Below, piece by piece: positions 22,700 to 32,715 of a stretch of DNA of 32,715 bases. Every line of letters begins with the position of its first letter. The stretch's first letter is position 1. The translations under genes were made by a program, and so were the position numbers. The stretch covers positions 1 through 32,715 of the forward strand of contig RBNJ01000338.1 in NCBI GenBank assembly GCA_003990765.1. Direction: 5' to 3'. The notes below the pieces were generated by a model. That model made no database searches and was not told where the DNA came from. It was given only the letters and a program-made list of their open reading frames with translations. Source of the stretch: Jimgerdemannia flammicorona. Taxonomy: Eukaryota.

Positions 22700-24730
22700 C
22701 TTCCTCACCCTGCTATAAACCCCTCTGAGAATTTCTATAAGTTGGTATAAAGCCCAACCTCTGAACTGGAATTTATTCTGAACTATCTGACAATCTGGAG
22801 AGAATTGAACCTAATGTACAAGGACAATTTGACCTCTACACCTATAACAAGTGGGACAAACTTTATTCAAAGAAAGAAGTACTCCAATTAAATCAACAAA
22901 TAGGTAAAACTCTATTCACCGAACTCCTTGCCCTACACCCAGCAAGTCAAGATGAAGAAGGTCTTATAGAAGCCTTCTTTACTCTTCTCAATAAGAGTTT
23001 TGTCAGCTCTATAAATCCGAGTGACTTAAGACAACTAGTAGCAGTCTTTCTAGCCTTAGTTCCTCACAAAGCCCAAGCCTCTGTAGCCAAGTAGCTCAAC
23101 TCTACTGACTTTCACCATACCAGAACCAAGACTGTGTTATACTATCAATTCCAGAACAGCAAGGCTCACCATATTCTTAAAGAAGAAGCAAGAGAAACTC
23201 TTCATCAACTACCTGACCCTGAACCAGAAGCAGGCCCTACTACAGCTCTATCCAAATCTGAAACCAATACTGAACCAGAACTTGACTTTAAATTAAGTCC
23301 ATCCAAAATCAGATATATAACTGATTCTGTCTACTTTGATGCCAAGCAAACTCAATTACACAGGGACCAAACTAAAGAGGAGGAGGAGTATCTCAGTGAA
23401 TTCGATTCCATATACATTATCAAAGGAGACACACCTCTATCAGGACAGAACACACCTACACAGCAACAAACAGCTATCTATCAAGCCCTCACTCCAGACC
23501 TATAACTACTACTTCAGCAACTTACACAGACCCAAAGAACCCCATCACACTCTGCACCAGTATCTCAAGTAGTACCAGTAATACTACTACCAATAGTCCA
23601 ACTGCCTCCAGTAAACAATATAGTGAACTAACAGATTCTAGACCTCACAGTTCAGATAGTGATAATGGCAGTAATCATTACTGTCTTAGCTGAACAGACC
23701 CGACCTATCAAAAATCTGAGCCTACTTACCTTCAATAGTACTGCATAAGAAGTCCAAAGCTTTATTAGTGTAGTTGATACTAACTTCAAAGCCAACCAAT
23801 GGACCAATGAGCTAGTTGCTGACTGCCTTCTGATAAACAATCAAGACCACACTCTGGAACAACTCTTTGCTACCACTATAGCCTATATCCACCAAGTTAT
23901 TACATTCTTCCGAGGACCTACTGAAGAATGGTGGTGAACCCTTCCTGAAAAATCCCTCATATGGGATATCTGACCTATAGTAGTTGTCCAAAATGCAGCA
24001 AATAATACCCCAGGATATGGAGCCCATCCTATAGCCTCTGGACTCAAATAACTCATAATTGCTCAATACTATAGTAAAACCATAATTGCTGAATCTAGAG
24101 TAAAACTCCACAACCTTAAATTTGATATACATAGCAAAGAAGAATTTGAAACCTTCTGTACCAAACTCGAGTCACTCCTGAATACTATTGGCCTAGGATA
24201 TATTGCCAATAATGAAGTATAAAATGGTATAAGAGTAGACCATTTATTCAATGCCCTGCCTGAATGGCTTACTAGAAAAATCTGAGAACAAGGCTGCCCA
24301 GTTGATTGTGATCACCAACAATGGTACCTGGCAAGAATCAAGACCATGATTAAGTAAATCCTAATAGCTGAACCAATTCTGCCCCAAAGACAATTCAATA
24401 ACAAGGAAAAGACCTAGACCAAGAAAGAAGAACCCAAGCATAAAGCATCCTGAGCTCTCTCCACATCCACCTCATGGATACTCAGAAATCATGAACCCAT
24501 CCAGCTGAGTACCTTCAAGAAACTCACTGAAGAAGAAAGGAATGAACTTCAAAGAAGTGAAATATACTTCTATTACCAAAAGACAGGACATATAGCCAGT
24601 GTCTGCCCTAACTGAAAACCCTGAACAACAACATAAGCAACTGTTACTACTCTGCACCACCTCAATAACCTGACTATCAAAAGACTGGACTTTGTCAAGT
24701 TAAGACAAACTGCCAAGGCCCCAACCAAAG
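22700..24730 (+). pseudogene. gag: gag of copy C (long N-terminal extension, capsid-like region, decayed CCHC knuckle) running into dUTPase
   Basis: Near-open frame from just after the PBS; LLTFNST...SFIS, FFRGPTEEWW, FINALPE, YFYYQKTGHIASVCP, FVKLRQTAKAPTK. Start coordinate approximate. Confidence 0.82.
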
Positions 24731-26785
24731 TGTAAGAGGGTTACTTTTAGGGTAACTGTTAGGTAGTTCTAGAAGGGTTTTCTGGAGGTTCTGGATATTC
24801 TGGAAGACTGTTTTCTTATGGTCAAGATCAATTTCATATGGAGTACATCCTCTATGCTTATTGATTACAAGATTGAGTTGACATCTCAACCAAAGTCTTT
24901 TTTTGGACTAGTTCTGAATGTTCAGGATTTTCCATATTTCAGGAAGTTCAAGAAACTAAGACCAGCTTAGTTGAATTGGTATATCGCTGCAGACAATACC
25001 TAATTAGGAAATTTCGTGCCGGGGTTAGGAGTGGGACCTAACAGAGAGTGGATTTACTTAAGAGTGGTTTGTGGGTTATTAAATAGGTTTATTCGCTATT
25101 CATGATATTACTATACTAAGAGTAGTTGTGTAAAGGGATATTATGGGGAAGTATTCAGGAATGTTCGAGTCTGAGATTCTGAGGTCTGGGGGAGGGGGTA
25201 TTTATACTAGTGAGGGGCTATCTGGACTATGCTAGATATGGATGTATCACTAAGTACTTTGCTGAGTCGGAATACAGTCACATAGTACAAGTGTGATCTG
25301 ACATATTAAGAGATCATCTGACTGCTGAGTCAGTTCACAGTCATGTCATACAAGGCTAATCTAACTACACTATGACTGCTAGGCTACATATTTATGGGTT
25401 TAGGCACTGTCTGGATAGTCCTTGATGACATCACCATCGATTGTATCATCTCTGATAAAGTAGTCATCTAGGAATAATAGCTCATGGATTACTTCTCCTT
25501 GTTCACTGAGGTAATAATACATTGGAACTTCGTCTCTATCCCACAGGATAGCATCATCTGTCTCGTAGGCTAGATAAGGTGTTGGTGGATGAGGGATGGG
25601 TATATTGTCTTCACTTTCATTGGATTCGCTATCTGCGTACCTTCTATAGGTTACAGCACTATAAGTTGCAGGATTGTAGTAAGCTGGCGGCTGTGGTTCA
25701 TGTCACTCGTACTCAGGTGGTGGAGTGGTTGGTTCAATCTCAAGAGTTGTCTGGAGGTACAGGTTGTGTTCTTCAGTCTCTTCGTTATAGTTGAAGTAAT
25801 CAGGGGTAAATACAGATTGGTATTCATATCAGTAGTCATTGTCCCAATAAGTCTCATATATAGTTATGAACTATTGTAAGTTCATTGGCAAGATTGGCAG
25901 AGTGATCAGGGTTGGCAGAGATCCTTGGCTAGAGGTCATGTTGGCGTCAGAGGGATCATTGTCTTCTGCTTCATCTTCATCGAAGTGGATTATATCATAG
26001 ATGTCCTTCATAGCATATCCAACTTGGGGCATTTGTAGGATATGATTATTGAGGTGTAGGAAGGTTCTGTCTATGGTTTTGACATACTTGAGATACTTGT
26101 GATTGAGTTCTTGTATCATATCATCAATTTGGCCATAGGACAGGGTAGCAACCATTTTACTGGTAGTAACTCAGAGGTGGGGAATAATGGTACTATACTC
26201 ATAGAAGAGTTCTCGATGTTTGCAGGCAATGAGCTTCTGGTGTTGAGACATCTGAGTAATGTCTGTATCATAGTGGTGTTTGACTATGTCTTCCAGGAGG
26301 CAGCCAATCTGGTAGTAGCTTGAGATTTGTCTGATTTGGTGGGCCTTGCTAAGCATGTTCAGAGCATTCCATCGGGCTTCCACAAAGTAGAGGGGTGCTA
26401 GGCTATGGATATTCATGAGGGGTAGAGAGGGTGTGGCTCAGTTGACAATGGCATTCCAAATATCAGCGCAGATGCAGATATAGATCTCGGTGGTCATGTT
26501 TGTGTGTTTGGAAGTTGTGGTTGTTGTTTGTTTTGGTTCTCTGATTCAACACATCTTGGTACTCAGTATATATACATTTGGTCCTGATTGGTAAGATTCT
26601 GTTTGTATAAACCTTGTATTCTGTGACTTCATATTGACTTAGCTTTGTGTACTATGACTTCAGTTTGACTCAGCTTCATGATCAAGCAGGTGATTTCCAG
26701 ATTTGTTCAGAGGTCACATGTGTTTTCCATAGCTTATTCAGAGGGTGACATGTAATTCCGGTGGCTTGGAGGTTGTACACTTACA
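24731..26785 (-). repeat. LTR type A (3' LTR of copy D), 2055 bp
   Basis: TGTAAG/CTTACA termini; reverse complement of 18249-20288. Confidence 0.95.
25400..26497 (-). pseudogene. LTR-encoded ORF, copy 3
   Basis: Homologous to 18505-19602 (MNIHSLAPLYFVEARWNALNML..., MVATLSYGQIDDMIQELN...). Confidence 0.78.
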
Positions 26786-26925
26786 ACTCTCCCCTTCTTA
26801 GCTTTTGACATCCTCATCAGGGCCTTCTAATTTTGTTCTGCTGAGTTCTTGGTTTGGTTTGCAATAATTATAATGTTCAGGAGGATAATATATAGTATGT
26901 ACAGATAGGTGTGGAGTATTTCGTT

Positions 26926-29900
26926 CTAGTTGTTTAAGGAATCATATTCCTGAACTAGGTTGGTAGCATTCCAGAGATTGGTCTTGGGTTCCCAGATTGC
27001 ATCATAGATCGGGTAACCTTTCCATTTGACAAGGTACTCAGGATGGTTCTTATTGCTACATTTGTTGAGGATTTGTTCAACTTTATACTCTTCTTGGTCA
27101 TTAATAATGACAGGTGCAGGTGGTTTGGTGGTCCAGTTTGGAAATAGCTCATCATCACTGTCATTGTATCGCTTGAGACATTGAACATTAAAGACTGGGT
27201 GAATCTTAATGATGTCTGGTAGTGCCAGTTTGTAGGAGGTTGGAGAGACTTGTGCAATAACTTCAAATGGTCCAATGAACTTACTGTTCAGCTTTGTAGA
27301 TGGTCTGTACTTGAGGTTGTCAACTCGGTATCCTCTGATATCTAGTAGAACTTTTTCTCCAATATCAAAAGTTTCTTCTTGGCGGTATTGGTTAACATAC
27401 TGTGATTGTTGTTCTTGAGCTCGCGACAAATTCTCAATGGCAATCTGGCTTAAATTGTGCATTCGAAGTAAGAATTCTTCAACAGCTTCGACTGTGGAGG
27501 GTTCTTCAGTGGTTCGGATAAGTATCAATGGGGTGTTTGGATTTTGTCCAGTATTGGCAAAGAATGGGGTCATTCTAAGAGAGGCTTGTTTGCTATTGTT
27601 ATAGGCAAACTCGACTGCGGTAAGATGTTTGTGCCAATCATCTTGTCTATAGGAAACATAGTTTCTTAGTATTTGTTTCAGAGTTCGGTTCATTCTTTCA
27701 GTTTGGCCATCAGTTTCTGGGTGAAAGGCTGTGGATAGTGCAAGTTTGTTCCAAGGTGTATATGGAGGGCTTTCCAAAAGTGGCTGGTGAATTTCAGGTC
27801 TCAGTCACTAATAATGATCTTGGGAAGACCATGATAGCGGAAGATATTGTCAAACAAGAGTGTGGCTATGTCTGGTGCTGTTGCAGTAGTGGTAGTAGGC
27901 ACAAAGTGGGCTTGTTTGCTGAGATAGTCCACAAAGACAATGATTGCATCTTTCCCATTCTTGGTTTGAGGTAGTTGTACAATAAAGTCCATAGAGATTT
28001 GTTCCCAATTTGTGGATAGTACTGGGATAGGGTGGAGTAAGCTGGGTTTTGCTAGTGTTGAGGACTTGTTTCGTTGGTAGACATTACAGAGTGATATAGG
28101 TTTTGAGCTAATCTGCCATTCGGGGCCAGTAGAAGTTTTGGGAGATAACTTCATAACATTTATCAAATCCTAAATGTCCAGCTGTAGGAGCATCATGACA
28201 TTTGAATAGGATAGTCCTTCGGAGGTCTCGGTTGTTTGGGACATATAGTCTGTCCTTGTAGTAGATAGCATTGTCCTTAAGTTGATATTGGTTATACTGG
28301 GTATACTTATCAGTATCATCACTGTTCAGGATTTCTCGGAGTACTTGAGCTTCTTTATCATCAACACATGCTGCGATGATTTGTTCCATGATAGTGTTGG
28401 TAACTAAGGTCAGAGTTTGGATAACCTCTTTGATTGGTGGTCTGGAGATTGCATCAGCAATAATATTTTCCTTGCCAGGGTGGTACTGGATTTCATAGTC
28501 AAAGTTGGTGAGGACTTTCATCTATCTGGCTTGCTTTTGGGAAAGGGTAGCCTGTGTCTTGATGTTGACTAATGACTTGTAGTCAGTCAATATAGTGAAG
28601 TGTGCTCCTTCTAGATATGGTCACCATTTGATCAGAGTGTCTACATATGATGACTAGCATTTCCTTCTCATGAGTTGCATAGTTGATTTCGGCATCATTG
28701 AACTTGCAGGAGTGATAGGCCACAGAGTGTCCTTCTTGCATGAGTACTGCTCCAAGGGCTAGGTCAGAGGTATCAGTGGTAACTTCATATAGTAAGGTGG
28801 GATTTGCCGCTTGAAGTACTGGAGTGGTTATCAGGACATCTTTCAGTACTTGGAAGGTGGTATCTTGCTCGGGTCCCCAATTTACAAGATTGTTGAAGTC
28901 TTTCTCTTGTTTCATGGTCCAGGATTGTTCTTGTTTCTTACTGTGCTTGGTCATTTGGGTGAGGGCGGTAGTGATTTTAGCAAAGTTGGCAACAAATCAC
29001 CTGTAATAGTTTGCTAATCCTAGGAATGACTGGAGGTCTTTCAACTTTTTGGGTCTGGGCCAATCCTTGATTGCAGAGATTTTGCTGGGGTCCACTTTGA
29101 TTCTATTTAGAGTGACAATGTGTCCAAGGAATTGAATTTCTTTCAGGAGAAATTTGCACTTACTGAGTTTTGCAAAGAGTCGGTTTTCTTGGAGTTTCAG
29201 TAGTACTAGTTCAAGGTGTTCAAGATGTTCCTCCAGGGTTTTGCTGAAGACTAGGATGTTGTCAATATAGACAACAATGAATTTGTCCAGATATGGATAC
29301 AGAATGGTATTCATCAGTTTCTGGAATGTTGCTGGAGCATTAGTTAAGCCAAAGGGCATAACCAGGAACTCAAAGTGTCCATAGCAAGTTTGGAAAGCTG
29401 TCTTGTAGATGTCTTCTTCTTTTATAGCAATTTGCCAGTAACTATTTCACAGGTCAAAAGAGCTCATGAATTGTGGGTTGGTGAGCCTATCAAATATTTC
29501 ATCAATCCTTGGTAGTGGGCAATAGTTCTTGATGGTCTGTTCATTGAGATTGCAGTAGTCAATGCACATTTGTAGGTCTCCTCCTTTCTTGACAACGAAG
29601 AGGACTGGTGCACCATAGGGTGATATGCTGGGTCTGATGAATCCTTGTTCTAGGAGTTCGTCGATTTCCTTCTTGAGTATATCAATTTCTCTCGGAGACA
29701 TATGGTAGATTGACTTGAAGGCTGGTTTGGCATCTGGAATAGTCTTGATTGCATGGTCTACTGCTCGTTTAGGAGGTAGGCCTTTCGGGAGCTTCTTTGG
29801 GAATATGTCTTGGAATTTCTGGAGTAGTAGTCTAACATGGCTGTCAACTTTGGAAAAATCTTCTTCAGAGTTCTCGGGTTCTCCTTTGGATGGTCGGATA

Positions 29901-30370
29901 GAGATGGCGAAGAGAGGGCATTTCTTGGCCAATTTCTTGAGTTGTAGCTTGTTGATGTGGGTGATCTTTGGTCCAGGGTCACTAGAATTAAGTGGGTCCT
30001 TTTCACCTTGCAGTTTGAAGTTGTGGTGTCCTTTCTTGATGGTCAGAGAATGGTTTACCCAATCAATCATGAGGTTCTCTTGTTTTAACCATGGAGTTCT
30101 AAGAATGATTTTATTGTCAGGAAGTGGTATGATTTGGAGGGTAACATGTACTCAGTAGTCATCAATTCAGAAGAGTAGATTGTGGACTTCTTTGCTAATA
30201 ACATGTGAGGTTCCATCAGCTGTAGCAACTGCTTGAGTTTGCTATACTGGAGAGGTGAAGACCTTGAGTCTGTTGGCTGTCTCTTCATTGATGAAGTTGC
30301 CTGAGGCACCACTGTCTATCATAATCTTAACAGGTGCTCCATTGATAAAAGCCTTAAGGGTGAGCAGTTT
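26926..30370 (-). pseudogene. pol: pol: aspartic protease, RT, RNase H, integrase, chromodomain
   Basis: MIDSGASGNFI; GFIRPSISPYGAPVLFVVKK; MPFGLTNAPATFQ; VYIDNIL (YIDD); TDTSDLALGAVL, NYATHEKEML; CHDAPTAGHLG, FYWPRM; ISMDFIVQLP; AFHPETDGQTER; GPF; EEYKVEQIL...YLVKWKGY...WEP. Confidence 0.96.
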
Positions 30371-30586
30371 GTCTGATCCAATGGTGGTGATTTCAGTTGT
30401 AGGAGCCTTTCTTCTATTGGTTCTTCTTTGAGCCAGTTCATTGATACAAGAGAAGCAATCATCAATCATTTGAGAAGAATACATTCCAATACCATGAGGG
30501 CATCAGCCACTTGGTATATATCCATCTTTGATCTTCTTGTAGAATTGTTCTTTTTTGCTCATGGTAGATTGGGCTGGGGCTTTGTT

Positions 30587-30990
30587 TGATGAGCCAAATC
30601 CTTTAGATCCTCAGATGGTAGGCAGTAGTTCAGGGACTTCCTTGACTATCAGGGTTGACTCGATTTTTTCAAATAGGATCTGGGCGATGCAGAAGCCAAT
30701 AGGGATCTTGAAGGGTGTCCAACTGTGGTTTCGAATAAGAATAATGATTTCACCTATATAATCTTCATCAATGACTCCTCCTTCTACTGAGAGTTCTTTT
30801 AGTGCTAGACTACTATGACAGCATATTCTTCCAACATGTCCTTCAGGGATTTGGATGCTGATTCCTGTATAGACTTGTTTAACTTCTCAGTTGGAAACTG
30901 TAGCTTCTTTGGCTATATACAGGTCATATCCAGCTGCCTTTTGACTTCCTTTGGTTGGGGCCTTAGCAGTTTGTCTTAACTTGACAAAGT
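30587..30990 (-). pseudogene. dut: Trimeric-type dUTPase domain between the Gag zinc knuckle and protease
   Basis: All five motifs in order: AAGYDL, GRICCHSSLALK, GGVIDEDYIGEI, IAQIL, *GSKGFGSS. Confidence 0.95.
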
Positions 30991-32715
30991 CTAGTATTCT
31001 GGTGGTCAGGTTGTTGAGGTGGTGAAGAGTGGTAACAGTTGCTCATGTTGCTGTTTGGGGTTTTCGGTTGGGGCAGGCACTGGCCATGTGTCCTGTCTTT
31101 TGGCAATAGAAGCATGCTCCACTTCTTTGAAGTTCATTCCTTTCGCCTTCAGTAAGTTTCTTGAAGGTACTGGGCTGGGTGGGTTCAGGATTTCTGAGTA
31201 TCCAAGAGGTGGATGTGGAGGGAGCTTGGGATGCTTCATGCTTGGGTTCTTCTTTCTTGGTCCAAGTCTTTTCTTTGTTGTTAAATTATCTTCAGGGTAG
31301 AATTGGTCCAGCTATTAGGATTTGCTTGATCATGGTCTTGATTCTTGCCAGGCACCATTGTTGGTGATCACAACCAACTGGGCGGCCTTGCTCTTGGATT
31401 TTTCTAGTAAGCCATTCAGGTAGAGCATCAAATAAATGGTCTGCTCTTATACCATTTCATGTTTCATTATTGGCGATGTATCCTAGGCCAACAGTGTTCA
31501 GGAGTGACTCGAGTTTTATACAGAAGGTTTCAAATTCTTCTTTGCCATATACATCAAATTTGAGGTTGTGGAGTTTTACTTGAGATTCAGCAATCATGGT
31601 TTCGCTGTGGTATTGAGCAATCATGAGTTGTTTAAGTCCAGGGGCTGCAGGATGGGCTCCATATCCTGGGGCATTATTTGCTGCATTCTGGGCAACTACT
31701 GCAGGTTGGGTATCCTATATGAGGGGGTTTTCAGGAAGGGTTTGCCACCATTCTTCGGCAGGTCCTTGGAAGAATGTAACAACTCAGCGGACATAGGCTA
31801 TAGTTGTAGCAAAAAGTTGTTCCAGAGTGTGGTCTTGATTGTTTGTCAGAACGTGGTCAGCAACTTGCTCATTAGTCCATTGATTGGCTTCGAAGTTAGT
31901 GTCAACTATACTAATGAAGCTTTGGACTTCTTGTACAGTACCATTGAAGGTAAGTAAGCTCAGATTTTTGGTAGGTCGGGTCTGTTCAGCTAAGGCAGTA
32001 ATGGTTGCTGCCATTATCGCTATCTGGGCTGTGAGGTCTAGAATCTGTTGGTTCACCATGTTGTTTACTGGAGGTGGTTGGACTGCTGGTAGTGGTGTTA
32101 CTGGTACTACTTGAGGTACTGGCGCAGAGTGTGATGGGGTTCTTTGGGTCTGTGTAAGTTGCTGGAGTAGTAGTTGTAGATCTGGAGTGAGGGCTTGATA
32201 GATAACTGTTTGTTGCTGTGTAGGTGTATTCTGTCCTGATGGAGGTACTTCTCCTTCGGTAGTATATCTGGAATCGAATTCACTGAGATACTCCTTCTCT
32301 TCTTCAGTTTGATCTCCATGTAATTGGGTTTGCTCGGCATCAAAGTAGACAGAATCAGTTATATATCTGATTTCAGACGGACTTAATTCAAAGTCAAGTT
32401 CAGGTTTGGTATTGGTTTCAGATTCAGGTGGGCTGTAGCAGGGCCTGCTTCAGGTTTGGGGTCAGGTAGTTGATGAAGGGTTTCTCTTGCTTCTTCCTTA
32501 AGAATATGGCAGGCCTTGCTGTTCTGGAATTGGTAGTATAATGCGGTCTTAGTCCTGGTATAGTGAAAGTCAGTAGAGTTGAGCCACTTGGCTACAGAGG
32601 CTTGGGCTTCATGAGGAACTAAGGCTAGAAATACTGCTGCTGGTTGTCCTAGGTCGCTTGGATTTGTGGAGCTAACAAAACTCTTATTGAGAAGAGTAAA
32701 GAGTGACTATAAAAA
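30991..32715 (-). pseudogene. gag: gag of copy D with CCHC zinc knuckle (31073-31114)
   Basis: CFYCQKTGHMASAC; MVNQQILDLTAQIAIMAATITALAEQ coiled-coil-like segment; colinear with ~22970-24690. Confidence 0.88.

Larger units (their letters stand above)
17503..24730 (+). mobile_element. Gypsy copy C: 5' LTR (type B, interrupted), PBS, gag, start of dUTPase; interrupted by copy D
   Basis: New TGTAAG at 17503 inserted after GAAGT in the 3' LTR of copy A; LTR end CTTACA at 22657; gag colinear with copy D; breaks at ...KAPTK (24730). Confidence 0.9.
24731..32715 (-). mobile_element. Gypsy copy D (least decayed): gag-dUTPase-PR-RT-RH-IN-chromodomain, PPT, 3' LTR type A; 5' end outside the window
   Basis: Complete chromovirus domain order; LTR 24731-26785; PPT 26786-26799. 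Confidence 0.96.

Noticed and set aside
24721..24731. dUTPase disrupted in two copies (inversion in A, insertion in C), suggesting a hotspot
   Set aside because: Different mechanisms and positions; two events are compatible with chance.
31044..31050. Stop codon after the Gag knuckle in all three copies (TGA, TGA, TAA), suggesting programmed readthrough
   Set aside because: CGA decay gives the same pattern at an obligatory Arg (dUTPase RGxxGFGS is TGA in two copies), and there is no CARYYA context. Not excluded without a consensus.
31568..31957. Antisense ORF recurring in three gag copies (also 2344-2613, 23812-24132)
   Set aside because: Recurrence follows from copy homology; lengths differ and there is no independent sign of coding.

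Overview
Eukaryotic, most likely fungal, heterochromatin-type window made almost entirely of nested, C>T/G>A-hypermutated transposon relics; no intact host gene is present. It holds five insertions (A-D plus a solo LTR) of one Ty3/Gypsy chromovirus family. That family is unusual: a long Gag is fused in-frame to a dUTPase placed before protease, and the ~2.05-kb LTRs carry their own ~365-codon ORF. A second LTR type has a swapped U3 module. Also present: an L1/Tx1-like LINE, a piggyBac transposase relic, a convergent and equally decayed two-exon Ser/Thr kinase gene with Cys-rich extensions (possible transposon cargo), a poly(A)-tailed retroposed insert with a 17-bp TSD, and a fold-back hAT-type MITE. 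The LINE and Gypsy copy A are both split by an apparently reciprocal ~14.6-kb inversion (1575-16153) at a 6-bp inverted microhomology (ACAGTA); flipping it restores both reading frames. All calls are by eye from motifs and copy-to-copy comparison; no searches were run.
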